Shown: positions 29,079 to 38,817 of the stretch, piece by piece
Layout: the number at the start of each line of letters is the position of its first letter
Numbering within the stretch: the stretch's first letter is position 1
From: Myxococcota bacterium
GTDB lineage: Bacteria > Myxococcota_A > SURF-8 > G963663525
Reading direction: 5' to 3'
Length of the DNA stretch: 64,000 nucleotides
NCBI GenBank assembly: GCA_963676915.2
Contig: CAXXVK010000072.1
Coordinates: forward strand, 64,001-128,000
Program-made: the position numbers and the translations under genes
The notes under the pieces: model-generated
The model's input: the letters and a program-made list of their open reading frames with translations, nothing else
Database searches by the model: none
What the model was told of the DNA's origin: nothing

Positions 29079-29426
29079 TTATTCGGCTTCTTCTTCCGTT
29101 TCATTTTCGGTTACTTCGGTTTCCTCTTCATCGCCTTCGTAGGGGTAAGGACCGTATTCGGTGGCATAAGGTTCATCGTCGATTTCGGCTTCCGCTTCAT
29201 CGATGTCGCCTTCGGCTTCGGGATTCTGGAGGCACCAGCCGTCATCACTGCAATAGTAATCCTCACCACCCCATTCGATGCACTGCTCGTCATCGGTACA
29301 GGCAGGACCGGGACCGTACATGACGTTTCCCTCCTCGTCGTCTCCACAACCGGAAAACAACACCGATGCAGGCAACAGCAGCATGAAAATCGACGCCAGC
29401 CAGCCGCGAATGGTCATGAGGATCAT
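29079..29426 (-). CDS. Small acidic Cys-containing lipoprotein with two XYGP motifs
   Basis: GAAGGAG SD, lipobox FSGC, VMYGPGP, TEYGPYP, four further Cys. Confidence 0.75.
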   Translation of the reverse strand: MILMTIRGWLASIFMLLLPASVLFSGCGDDEEGNVMYGPGPACTDDEQCIEWGGEDYYCSDDGWCLQNPEAEGDIDEAEAEIDDEPYATEYGPYPYEGDEEETEVTENETEEEAE

Positions 29427-29673
29427 GGGAATCTCCTTCGAATCGGTAACCTATCTATATCTTATCTGTATATAGGACGAACGACGAAACGGCAAGTATT
29501 TCGTAAAGATGCCTCTCTTTGAATGAAATTGAATGCTTTTTATGCACGATGTCCGATAGTTCAGGTTTTCAACCTGAACCGAAACGTTTAGGGCGGTATC
29601 CACTCTGAATCATGGATAGAAATTCATCCTCTTTCTGCAAAGATTCGCAGTTCCGCTACAACGAGAAACGCCG

Positions 29674-32600
29674 CTATACCAACATGACCGTATCTTTTCC
29701 CAAAATGGATTCCAGTCGGTTGAGCAACTCGTCCGTCAGGCCGATACTCCACGTGGTGACGGGAAGTTTGACCTCGGCGTCGAAGCGTCCCGGTTCGGCG
29801 CAGTGCATGGATACCGGGACATCGCCCGGGTTTTCTTCGAACAATCCCTTGAGTTCCTGCAACAAGGTGCGATCCGTGCCGGGAGACAGGCTGAGGTGAA
29901 TCCGGCGTGTTTTGCGCTCGACGATTTTCGCAAGCTGTTGCAGACGGTCCACGCGGATTTTCCGCCGTACCGAGTCTTCGGTCTGCTCGACGATCATTTT
30001 TCCGGTGACCACTAAGGGTTCGTCCGCCAGCAGGTTTTCGCTATAATCTTCGTAGACACGACCAAACATCAGGCAATCGATGGAGCCTACCGGGTCTTCC
30101 AGTTTGAAAATTGCAAAACGTCCTTTGCCGTTTTTTGTTGGCTTGTCTTTCAACTCGGACATGATCCCGATCACCGTGACCATTTCCTGGTCCGCCATCC
30201 TATGGACGGTTTCAAGCGTCAGTTTGGTGTAGCGCCTGGCTTGCACGGTGTAGCGATCCATTGGATGGGCCGACAAAAACAGGCCGAGCGAGGCTTTTTC
30301 GGCCTGAAGACGTTCTTTTTCGGTCCAGGGTGGAACCTCGGGATATTCGTAATTCGTCAGCGCCGCCATGGCTTCGCCGCCACTGCCCGCAAAAGCGTCG
30401 AACAAGCTGACCTGACCCGTTTCGCGATCCCGTTGTTTTTGCTGGGCGGCTTCGACAGCTTTGGGCACTGCAGCTAAAAGCCGGTGTCGCTCGACGCCTT
30501 CGAAATCGAACGCTCCGGCGTAGACCATCGCTTCGATGCCGCGCTTGTTCAGTTTCTGAGAGTCGATCCGGTCGCAGAAGTCGTAAAGATTGTCGAAGGG
30601 GCGGGTGTTGCGCTCTTCGATCATGGACTCAATTGCGCCCTTGCCCAATCCTTTAATTGCGCCGAGGCCAAATCGGATACCGCCATCTTCGACGGTGAAT
30701 TCCAAGCGGCTGTTGTTGACGCAAGGGGGGCGCACAGGAATGCCCATCTGCTTGGTTTCGTGAATGAATTTGACCACTTTTTCGGTGGATTCCATGTCGC
30801 AGGTAAGCGTTGCGGCGAGGAACTCCAGCGGATAGTAGGTTTTCAACCAGGCCGTGCGGTAGGAAATGACGGCATAAGCCGCAGCATGGGACTTGTTGAA
30901 GCCGTATTGCGCGAAATCGACCATTTCGTTTTTCACGCGCTCGACCACCGTTTTGTCAAAACCTTTTTCGACAGCCCCGCTTACGAAGTCGTCCAGCAAC
31001 TCGGCCATCAATTCGGCCTTTTTCTTGCCCATCGCTTTGCGCAGTTTGTCGGCCTTGCCCATGGTGAATCCGGCCATCTGCACGCCGATTTGCATGACCT
31101 GTTCTTGATAGACGATCAGGCCGTAGGTTTCACGCAGGATCGGTTCGAGAATCGGGTCCACCAGCTTGATTTCCTCGCGTCCGTGCTTTCGGGCTACGAA
31201 GGTGGGGATGATCTTCATCGGACCGGGGCGGTACAAAGCCACGGCAGCCACGATATCCTCGAAGCGGTCGGGCTTGAGCGTCCGAAGCATCTGCTGGAAA
31301 CCGCCGGATTCCATTTGGAAAATACCGTTGGTGTCGCCGGTGGAGATCAGCGAATAAACCTTCGGATCGTCGAGAGTGAGTTTTTCGATATCGATGGGGT
31401 CTTCCCGGTCCCGGTTGACCAGCTTCATCGCCTCATCGATGACGGTGAGGGTTTTCAGCCCCAGAAAGTCGAACTTGACCAGCCCGGCCGCCTCAACTTC
31501 TGACTTGGCGAACTGACTGACATATTGCCCAGTGGAGCGGTCGCGGAAGATCGGGCAGTATTCCCACAACGGCATTTCACTGATGACGACTCCCGCCGCG
31601 TGAAGGCCGGTGTGTCGGTGCAAACCTTCCAATTTCAGTGCGGTTTGCAGCATTTCGGAGTATTTCGGATTGGATTCACAGGTTTCCCGAAGCTTCGGTT
31701 CGTCGGCCACCGCCTTGGACAACGTGAGGTTGGGAGGCATGGAGGGGATCATCTTGGCGATGGTGTCAGCCTCGGCCACTTTGATGTCCATTACTCGGCA
31801 GACATCGCGAACAACCCCGCGTGCTTTCAATGTTCCGTAGGTGACGATCTGAGCTACGTTGTCCGCGCCATATTTCTCGGTGACATAACGGATGACTTCC
31901 TCGCGGCGATTCATGCAGAAGTCCACGTCGAAGTCAGGCATGGAGATTCGTTCGGGGTTGAGGAAGCGCTCGAAGATCAATCCGTGATGGATCGGGTCGA
32001 GGTCGGTGATTCTCAGAGCGTAGGCCACCATCGACCCAGCGCCGGAACCACGGCCCGGTCCCACTGGAATGCCGTTTTTCTTGGCGTAGATGATGAAGTC
32101 CTGCACGATCAGGAAGTAACCGGGGAAATCCATTTTCAGAATGACGCCGATTTCGTATTCCAGTCGTTTGAGATAAGCTTCCTCATCCACTTCGTAAGGC
32201 AGCTCGGCGATGCGCTCTTTCAGACCTTCGCGGGCCAATTGCTCGAAATACCCGGCTTCGTCCATGCCTTCTGGGACGGGGAAGTGCGGCAGAAAATTTT
32301 CTCCCAGCGGAATTTCGCAGTCGATTTTTTCCGCGATTTTTACGGTGTTTTCAAGTGCTTCGGGGATATCTCCGAAGTCCTGCCACATTCGCTCGGGACT
32401 GCGCACATGATGTCCGGTAGTGTAGGCTTCACCCATTCCGGGATCTCCCAGCAGTTTGCCTTGTCCAAGGGCAAGCAATGCCTGATGGGCTTGGTGGTCT
32501 TCTTCGGTCAGAAAGTGGGCGTCGCAGGTGGCGATCAGGTCGATATCCAGTTCTTTCGCCAGCCGGATCACGCCCTCATTGGCGATTTCCTGTTCCCTTG

Positions 32601-33243
32601 TGCCATCCCGTTGGATTTCGAGGTAGTAATCCTCGCCGAAAAGTTCTTTGTGCCAGAGTGCCGCTTTTTTTGCAGCCTCGTATTCGTTTCGAAGAATTAG
32701 TTGAGGAATCTCGCCCGCTCGGCAAGCGCTGGTGACGATCAGTCCTTCCTTGTGCTTTTCCAACAGTTCATGGTCGATACGAGGCTTTTTATAAAACCCT
32801 TCGATGTTGGCGAAAGACACCAGCCGACAGAGGTTGCGGTAGCCTTCGAGGTTTTTGGCCAACAGTACGAGATGATAGTTTTTTTCCTTGTGAATCCGGG
32901 AACTTCGACCGCTTGGCGCGATGTAGGTTTCGACGCCGATCAGAGGTTTGATCCCTGCCTTTTTCGCTTTCTTGAAAAACTCCACCGCGCCGAAAAGCTG
33001 GCCGTGGTCGGTCAGTGCTACGGCATTCATCCCGTGCTTTTTGCAGTGTTCCATCAGGTCGCCGATACGAATCCCGCCGTCCAGCAACGAATAGCTGGTG
33101 TGCAGATGCAAATGAACGAAGGGCGGACCTTTCGGGCTGTCTTCTTCTTTTGTTTCCTCGGGGGGAGCCTCGGAAGCGTTCACCTCGGGAACCGAAGTGT
33201 TTTCGGGGGCTTTTTCGTTGGAAACGGGAGTTTCTTCGGACAT
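29674..33243 (-). CDS. dnaE: DNA polymerase III alpha subunit
   Basis: PHP domain FVHLHLHTSYSLLDG, GPGRGSGAGS, FERFLNPERISMPDFDVDF, KFDFLGL, YGFNKSHAAAY, C-terminal OB fold. ATG at 33243 preferred over the longer ORF start. Confidence 0.97.
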   Translation of the reverse strand: MSEETPVSNEKAPENTSVPEVNASEAPPEETKEEDSPKGPPFVHLHLHTSYSLLDGGIRIGDLMEHCKKHGMNAVALTDHGQLFGAVEFFKKAKKAGIKPLIGVETYIAPSGRSSRIHKEKNYHLVLLAKNLEGYRNLCRLVSFANIEGFYKKPRIDHELLEKHKEGLIVTSACRAGEIPQLILRNEYEAAKKAALWHKELFGEDYYLEIQRDGTREQEIANEGVIRLAKELDIDLIATCDAHFLTEEDHQAHQALLALGQGKLLGDPGMGEAYTTGHHVRSPERMWQDFGDIPEALENTVKIAEKIDCEIPLGENFLPHFPVPEGMDEAGYFEQLAREGLKERIAELPYEVDEEAYLKRLEYEIGVILKMDFPGYFLIVQDFIIYAKKNGIPVGPGRGSGAGSMVAYALRITDLDPIHHGLIFERFLNPERISMPDFDVDFCMNRREEVIRYVTEKYGADNVAQIVTYGTLKARGVVRDVCRVMDIKVAEADTIAKMIPSMPPNLTLSKAVADEPKLRETCESNPKYSEMLQTALKLEGLHRHTGLHAAGVVISEMPLWEYCPIFRDRSTGQYVSQFAKSEVEAAGLVKFDFLGLKTLTVIDEAMKLVNRDREDPIDIEKLTLDDPKVYSLISTGDTNGIFQMESGGFQQMLRTLKPDRFEDIVAAVALYRPGPMKIIPTFVARKHGREEIKLVDPILEPILRETYGLIVYQEQVMQIGVQMAGFTMGKADKLRKAMGKKKAELMAELLDDFVSGAVEKGFDKTVVERVKNEMVDFAQYGFNKSHAAAYAVISYRTAWLKTYYPLEFLAATLTCDMESTEKVVKFIHETKQMGIPVRPPCVNNSRLEFTVEDGGIRFGLGAIKGLGKGAIESMIEERNTRPFDNLYDFCDRIDSQKLNKRGIEAMVYAGAFDFEGVERHRLLAAVPKAVEAAQQKQRDRETGQVSLFDAFAGSGGEAMAALTNYEYPEVPPWTEKERLQAEKASLGLFLSAHPMDRYTVQARRYTKLTLETVHRMADQEMVTVIGIMSELKDKPTKNGKGRFAIFKLEDPVGSIDCLMFGRVYEDYSENLLADEPLVVTGKMIVEQTEDSVRRKIRVDRLQQLAKIVERKTRRIHLSLSPGTDRTLLQELKGLFEENPGDVPVSMHCAEPGRFDAEVKLPVTTWSIGLTDELLNRLESILGKDTVMLV

Positions 33244-33546
33244 GAGGACGATCCTTTGCAATCTCGAAACCGGACCGGAATATTTTATTTTTTCGATCCG
33301 ATTGGAACGTGTTTTTGTAGCACTGAATATAGCGCTCGAACCTGGGGGCGGCAATCGAAAAAATCAGGATATCGGAGCACCGAAAGGACGTTTGAGTCGT
33401 AAGTATCGAAGGGTAAACGACAAATACCGTTTGAAGAGGTGAATTTATTTTTTGGCGAATTTGGAATGGACCTGGAAGCTCGCATAAATTGGATGGTTTT
33501 CATCCAACAATGTTCGAAAACGAATCCCTGTATCGGATGAGCTCAG

Positions 33547-33623
33547 GTAGGTCGGGCAAATTTTTTACCCGACAAAGCCAAAGATAATGCCAAGGTGTCG
33601 GGCAAGAAATTTGCCCGACCTAC
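33547..33623. repeat. REP doublet (REPIN-like), GTAG family
   Basis: GTAGGTCGGGCAAATTTTTTACCCGAC plus inverted GTCGGGCAAGAAATTTGCCCGACCTAC. Confidence 0.85.
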
Positions 33624-33675
33624 GTGTTAATTGCTTATGCTTTATTGATGGAAGTTACTGAAAGCTAAAGGTAAT

Positions 33676-34284
33676 TTACTGTTTCCGTAGGGAAAATTCG
33701 AAGCGGCAGTTCGGTGCTCCTTCGGCCAACGTGCCTGGTCGCTTGAGTTCGACCGGACCGGAGGCGAAAAACGCAAGGTCGCCTTTGCAAAACAGTGGGG
33801 CCAGTTCGGGAACTCCGGCTTTTTGGCACAGTGGAACGAAGCGGCAGGCGGTGACGCGGTAGACGAAGCCGGTTTCCTCTACGGAATCAAGAACGCTGGT
33901 GGCGTTGAAAAAGCGTGAGGTCAGGGATTCGATGGTTTTTTGTCGCTCGGTCTGATTGCTGGCAAGATAGTTGGGGATGTCGAGAGGGCCGATGGTCTTT
34001 TGAAGGTGGACCAGCGTTGCTCGGACGATGACCTTTTCCATAACGTCAAGCGCTTTAGTCTGGCCGAAAGCCTCGCGAAGCAGGCTGTAGAGCTTGACCG
34101 CCGAGCGGATCTGGTCGCGGGAGAGCCGGTCGTTTTCGTTTTCTGGAGGTCCGAGAGTTTCGAAGGGGTCGGTCATCGTTTCGGAACGCAGGCCGAAACG
34201 TAACGCATCGACGGGACCGAGACGGCGAACCAGTTCGAAAAATCCAACTACTTTCAGGCGTAATTCATGCAACGACTCGTTCAT
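33676..34284 (-). CDS. L-2-amino-thiazoline-4-carboxylic acid hydrolase (ATC_hydrolase) family protein
   Basis: VTACRF...GVPELAPLFCKGD...RPGTLAEGAPNCRFEF Cys triad pattern. Confidence 0.7.
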   Translation of the reverse strand: MNESLHELRLKVVGFFELVRRLGPVDALRFGLRSETMTDPFETLGPPENENDRLSRDQIRSAVKLYSLLREAFGQTKALDVMEKVIVRATLVHLQKTIGPLDIPNYLASNQTERQKTIESLTSRFFNATSVLDSVEETGFVYRVTACRFVPLCQKAGVPELAPLFCKGDLAFFASGPVELKRPGTLAEGAPNCRFEFSLRKQ

Positions 34285-34295
34285 TAAACCAACCT

Positions 34296-35309
34296 TTATT
34301 CTCCTGACAAGGATTCGTCAGCCGGACCGGTTTCGTCGAACACCCCGGTTTCATTGAGTTTTTCAACAGCCGGAACCAATAGCCGGGGGATGTCGGTTTG
34401 CAAAAGCAATACTCCCGCATCGACATAGTTTTTCCAGCCGGAATAATCGCCGCTCATTCCTAAGATATCGCCTCCGGCCATGACATCCTGTTGGACTTTA
34501 AGTCCCAGTGTTCCGGCCTGGGTGCAGAAATCGGCGTCGGCGCCCACCTTGGACAACTCCACGATGGTCAGCGTCGGTATTTCTTCTTGGGCGGCTGATA
34601 ATTCTTCCGCATCGGAAAACGGCGGCATGACTAGCAGTTGGTCGTCTTGGGTCGCCATTTGCGAAACAATGCTGAAATCGTCGCGAACGAGCGATTGTTC
34701 GTAATACGGTCCGGCTTGGATCGCTTCAAGTACCAGCTCCCATCGTCCGGTTTTTTGGTCGATGTAAAGCATGATTCCCAACTCTTTCGCCAACGCCAGA
34801 ATCTCGGAAAATTGGGGGACTTTTTGCGTTTCCGGGTCGGCGGCATCGGCGTCCGCGAGCGTCAGTTGTTGGATTTCATCCCAGGTCATTTCATCGACGT
34901 ACCCCGTCCCGTCGGTGGTACGATCCACGTCGCTGTCGTGCATGAGTACCAACACGTCGTCGGAGGTTTCCCGCACGTCCACTTCCACGAAATCCGCCCC
35001 GTGTTCGGCGGCGTCACGAAGAGAGGCCAGCGAATTTTCGGGAGCGTCGTGGTGGTCTCCTCGGTGTGCCGCTACCATTCGACGAGTGCAGGACGTGTCG
35101 ATCAGGCAGGCGTAGGCGGAAAACGGCTTTTGTTCTTCCGCTTCGGCGTCGAGATCGTTCTCGGCGCTTTCTTCTTCGACCACGTCCGTATCTCCATCGG
35201 AAACGGTGGAAGTGTCGTCGTCGGAACAGGAAAACAGAAATCCCGATGAAATGAACAACAACAAGGCGGCCAGCCATCTCAACCGTTTTATCCCGATAGT
35301 TTCGTGCAT
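34296..35309 (-). CDS. Glycerophosphodiester phosphodiesterase, lipoprotein
   Basis: AHRG, PENSL, EVDVRETSD, LMHD...DRTT, QTD. Lipobox LFSC. ATG at 35309 after GGGAG. Confidence 0.88.
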   Translation of the reverse strand: MHETIGIKRLRWLAALLLFISSGFLFSCSDDDTSTVSDGDTDVVEEESAENDLDAEAEEQKPFSAYACLIDTSCTRRMVAAHRGDHHDAPENSLASLRDAAEHGADFVEVDVRETSDDVLVLMHDSDVDRTTDGTGYVDEMTWDEIQQLTLADADAADPETQKVPQFSEILALAKELGIMLYIDQKTGRWELVLEAIQAGPYYEQSLVRDDFSIVSQMATQDDQLLVMPPFSDAEELSAAQEEIPTLTIVELSKVGADADFCTQAGTLGLKVQQDVMAGGDILGMSGDYSGWKNYVDAGVLLLQTDIPRLLVPAVEKLNETGVFDETGPADESLSGE

Positions 35310-35565
35310 AACGTGCTCCCTGAACCCTGGCGAAATTTCCATGAAATCGGATTGTTCGCGAGTATACCTCAGTCTTGCTCCATCCTGTGAATTTTTATTA
35401 TGGTGAAGCCAAGCTGAGTTTTTGTGGTTCTCCAGTATGTTTTGGAGCAATTTATCGCATCTTTTCCTGTTCGGGGAACCTTTACTCTTTTAAGGGATAA
35501 CGGTAAGATAGCTTCTCCACGATAGAAACTGACCATGATGAGTCCCGATTCAGGAGAGAAACACG

Positions 35566-36291
35566 ATGGATCGATACAGGACATTCGGTTTGGGAATACT
35601 GTGCTGGATGATGCTTTTAGGCTGTCTCACAGCCTGCGATTCGTCCGGTTCATTCGAAGCGACACCCGACCGGGACCGTGAAATCGAAAAGTTTTTGGAG
35701 ATCTTCCGCTATACGTTGCTGGATGGCAACCAGCAGGAGTACCTCAACCTGTTTTCCGAGAAAAGCATCGTTTTTATGCCGGAATTGGGTCGTACGTGGG
35801 TCGGAAAACCCCAGGTTCTGGGTCTTTACTCGCTGTTCCACAATGATTTCAAATCTTTCGAAATCTGGTTCTGGGATCATCAGGTTGTGACGGCGGGCGC
35901 AAAAGCCGTGGTGAGTTTCCAGATCAAATTCCTGGGAGTTCACCCGGAAGGTTCCAAAGAGTTTTGGACCTCTTCCGCCATGATGACGATGGTCGTCGAA
36001 GACGGAATCTGGCGTATCGATTCCTTGTTTGCCAAGGATACGCCGTTCGATATCAAACCCTCCAACGCGCTGATTCCCCCGCAATCTCTGCTTGTTTCCA
36101 AGGCGAAACTCAAGGAAATGATGGAAAACATGCGTCTGGAGCGGCCATTTCTTTTCGGGTTTCCTCCCGGAAAAAATCCGATGGATTTCGGCCCGAATGG
36201 TGCTCCAGGAACGCCAAATCCAGGACTGCGTGACGAACAAGGGGCTTTTCCCGCTCCTCCCGCTCAACGTTTCGAATTGCCGGAAGAATAG
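35566..36291 (+). CDS. Lipoprotein with NTF2/SnoaL-like domain and Pro-rich tail
   Basis: Lipobox LTAC, alpha/beta NTF2 pattern ending EDGIWRI. AGGAG SD. Confidence 0.6.
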   Translation: MDRYRTFGLGILCWMMLLGCLTACDSSGSFEATPDRDREIEKFLEIFRYTLLDGNQQEYLNLFSEKSIVFMPELGRTWVGKPQVLGLYSLFHNDFKSFEIWFWDHQVVTAGAKAVVSFQIKFLGVHPEGSKEFWTSSAMMTMVVEDGIWRIDSLFAKDTPFDIKPSNALIPPQSLLVSKAKLKEMMENMRLERPFLFGFPPGKNPMDFGPNGAPGTPNPGLRDEQGAFPAPPAQRFELPEE

Positions 36292-36297
36292 CCATCG

Positions 36298-36951
36298 ATG
36301 GAATCCCGAAATAATCATACCCGGTTGATGGATAGCATCTACGGGAAGCAGACGGCGATTTACGACCTGACACGCAAATACTACCTGCATGGTCGGGATA
36401 TGTTGCTCAAAGAAATCGAACGGGAATCCGACGGGCGGGTGCTCGAAGTCGGTTGCGGAACGGCGCGCAACCTGCTCGTTTTGCACCACCGTTGTCCCAC
36501 GTTCGAACTCTACGGACTCGATGCCAGCCGGGTAATGCTGGAGGTTGGCGAACGAAAGCTGGCCCGTCGGGGATATCCCGAAAACCTGCGATTGGTCCAC
36601 GGTCTGGCCGAAGACGTTTCACCGGCGCTATTCGGTGCGCGTGAACCCTTCGATACGGTATTTTTCTCGTTTTCGTTGAGCATGATTCCCGACTGGGAGG
36701 CTGGTCTCAAAGCTGCACTGGCCTCGCTGAAGCCTGGGGGAAGGCTGTATGTCGTGGATTTCGGAGATCTTTCCGGTCTTCCTGTGCCTCTTCGCCTGGG
36801 ACTTGCCTGGTGGCTCGACCGTTTCCACGTCCACCACCGCCCCGAAGCGATCCGATTTCTGCAACAACAGGCCGAAGAGGGCAGGGGTACTTTCGATTTA
36901 CAGATCTTTGCGGGAAACTATTCCTACCGGGTGAAGTTTACGAAAGCGTGA
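36298..36951 (+). CDS. btaB: Class I SAM methyltransferase, BtaB-like (betaine lipid DGTS N-methyltransferase)
   Basis: MDSIYGKQTAIYDLTRKYYLHGRDMLL, VLEVGCGTARNL, FSFSLSMIPDW, VVDFG, WLDRFHV. Confidence 0.7.
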   Translation: MESRNNHTRLMDSIYGKQTAIYDLTRKYYLHGRDMLLKEIERESDGRVLEVGCGTARNLLVLHHRCPTFELYGLDASRVMLEVGERKLARRGYPENLRLVHGLAEDVSPALFGAREPFDTVFFSFSLSMIPDWEAGLKAALASLKPGGRLYVVDFGDLSGLPVPLRLGLAWWLDRFHVHHRPEAIRFLQQQAEEGRGTFDLQIFAGNYSYRVKFTKA

Positions 36952-36964
36952 ATTTTTGCATTCG

Positions 36965-37133
36965 AAGAACTTGCATAAATCCCGAAGATAAATCTTCAAG
37001 GTACGGACCGGAAGGTCCGGGAGACTGTGCAAACTATTGAAAACACAGCCTTCCACGCTTCGCGCGTAAGACTATGGCACACATGGGTTTTGTAAAAACC
37101 ATCAAAATCCTGATTTATGCAAAAGCCACCTAA
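36965..37133. mobile_element. Candidate MITE (~165 bp) with IS5-like terminal inverted repeats
   Basis: TTGCATAAATC (36971-36981) and GATTTATGCAA (37112-37122) are perfect 11-bp inverted repeats. No ORF; between convergent genes. Confidence 0.5.
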
Positions 37134-37152
37134 GGCATTTCGACCGTTTTGT

Positions 37153-38817
37153 TTACTCCCCTTCGTGTCCTTCCAAAACTCGCTTGTAGATTTCCTCGAT
37201 GCTTTCGTTTTCGAAATCTCCCAGAGGTTTCGGGGTACGCATCAGGCGCACGAAGCGGTCACGGACCGTAGCAAGGTAGCTTGCGTCGTGGATGATACCC
37301 TCGCTTGTGTACGGCAGGTCGAAGAAGTCAAGCGTCGTTTCCGTTTCCGGGGCGATGTCCATACCGAGAAGGTCGGGTTTGGAATGCGCCAGACAGTTGC
37401 GGTTGAGTAAAAAAGTCTGCAAGATCGTCATGTGAATGTGCTGTCTGTGGCGCAGGCAGAATTTCAAGGTATGTTCGAACTCTTGCCGGTCTTCCTCCGG
37501 GCTTAGGATCAGGTACACGCTGGTCTCGATCCCCTGCGCGCTGGTGTTTTCCAGCATTTTCGGCACCTTTTCCAGATCGATACCCTTGCGGTAGCTTTTC
37601 AACCGCTGTTTGTGGGCGGTTTCCAACCCGAAGAAGATGATTCGACACCCGGCGCGGGCCAGCAGTTCGGTGTATTCGGGATCGGCGAATTCCTTATTGA
37701 AACGAGCCTGCATAAACCATTCGATCTCCAGTTTTTCGGCCAGCAGTCGTTCGCAGATTTCCTTTGTAGCTTGTGCGTTGACCGCATTGTCGATGAACGA
37801 AAAACGCCGGACGCCCGTCTGCTCGATGTATGTTCGGATGCGGCGGACGATTTCCTCCGGGTCGAGTTGAATCCATTGGCGGTCGTTGTAGTTGTGCCAG
37901 CAAAACGTGCATTTGCGGTAATAGCACATGCTGGCGCGTTCGATGGGCAACGAAAGTTCGGTGTAAAGGTCGAAATTAAGGCCGGAAAAATCAGGGGGCG
38001 GCAGGTGATCCAACGGCAGAGAGGGCTTTTCGTGGGTCGCTTGGGGGTGACCGTTTGCGTCGCGATAGATCAGGTTGGGTGTTTCTTTGAAATTTTCCTT
38101 GTTTTCGGTGAGATTCACCAGATCGAGCAAAGGTTCTTCTCCGTCGCTAGTGACGAAGAACTCGAAAAAGTCGAAGAAAAACGCATACTCTTTCCGTGTA
38201 AGAAAATCTCGTCCTAGCTTTACGTACGGTCCACCGGCGACCAGTGGAAGGTTGGGGCGAAAGCGTTTCAATTCACGGGCGAAGCGGCAGGCGTACACGA
38301 CCTGTTGCGGAGATACCAGCGAGATGCCGACCACGGACGGCTCGAAGCGGTCGAAAAACGTTTTCAGGCGCAATTTCAAAAAGGTATCCATCAGCGGATC
38401 GCGCACCTGGAGGCGTTCGAGCAGTTTGTCCCGGTTCAGACGATGGATTTCGGTTTGTTCGTAAAGCCAATTGAACAATTCTTTGCGATTTTCGTACACG
38501 AAGCGTCGCAGAGATTCCCCCGAAACGATGTTGCGATCCAGAAAACGCGCGTATAGCTGGCGGACCGAGCGGTAAAAGCCTTCGTCGCCTACTGAAAACG
38601 AGGTTTTGAGCCGTTTCATGAACAGCTCGAACGGGCCTTTTCGAAACAGAAAATCTCCCCAGTACAAGGCGTTCCAGTCGGCTTGCTGTACCGATTTTCC
38701 CTGTGTTTTCAGGTAGGCCGTAAGGCGGGGGAGGGCGATCTCCGGCATGAAATAGCATTCATAGGAGGGCGGAAAAACCAGCCAGGCATCGAGGGGTTGT
38801 ATATCTCGTGGCATCAA
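37153..38817 (-). CDS. Cobalamin-binding-domain radical SAM protein
   Basis: N-terminal WLVFPP...PEIALPRLTAYLK, VVGISL, VAGGP, DGEEPL, CYYRKCTFC, FFGLET. Start overlaps the upstream stop. Confidence 0.85.
   Translation of the reverse strand: MMPRDIQPLDAWLVFPPSYECYFMPEIALPRLTAYLKTQGKSVQQADWNALYWGDFLFRKGPFELFMKRLKTSFSVGDEGFYRSVRQLYARFLDRNIVSGESLRRFVYENRKELFNWLYEQTEIHRLNRDKLLERLQVRDPLMDTFLKLRLKTFFDRFEPSVVGISLVSPQQVVYACRFARELKRFRPNLPLVAGGPYVKLGRDFLTRKEYAFFFDFFEFFVTSDGEEPLLDLVNLTENKENFKETPNLIYRDANGHPQATHEKPSLPLDHLPPPDFSGLNFDLYTELSLPIERASMCYYRKCTFCWHNYNDRQWIQLDPEEIVRRIRTYIEQTGVRRFSFIDNAVNAQATKEICERLLAEKLEIEWFMQARFNKEFADPEYTELLARAGCRIIFFGLETAHKQRLKSYRKGIDLEKVPKMLENTSAQGIETSVYLILSPEEDRQEFEHTLKFCLRHRQHIHMTILQTFLLNRNCLAHSKPDLLGMDIAPETETTLDFFDLPYTSEGIIHDASYLATVRDRFVRLMRTPKPLGDFENESIEEIYKRVLEGHEGE

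Noticed and set aside
29674-33354. Intein, or an extended start at 33354, in dnaE
   Set aside because: The length (~1,190 aa) and motif order are normal, with no intein signatures. The extension upstream of ATG 33243 looks non-coding.
37074-37092. TGGCACAC as a sigma-54 -24 box
   Set aside because: There is no GC at the -12 position, and it lies within the MITE-like element.
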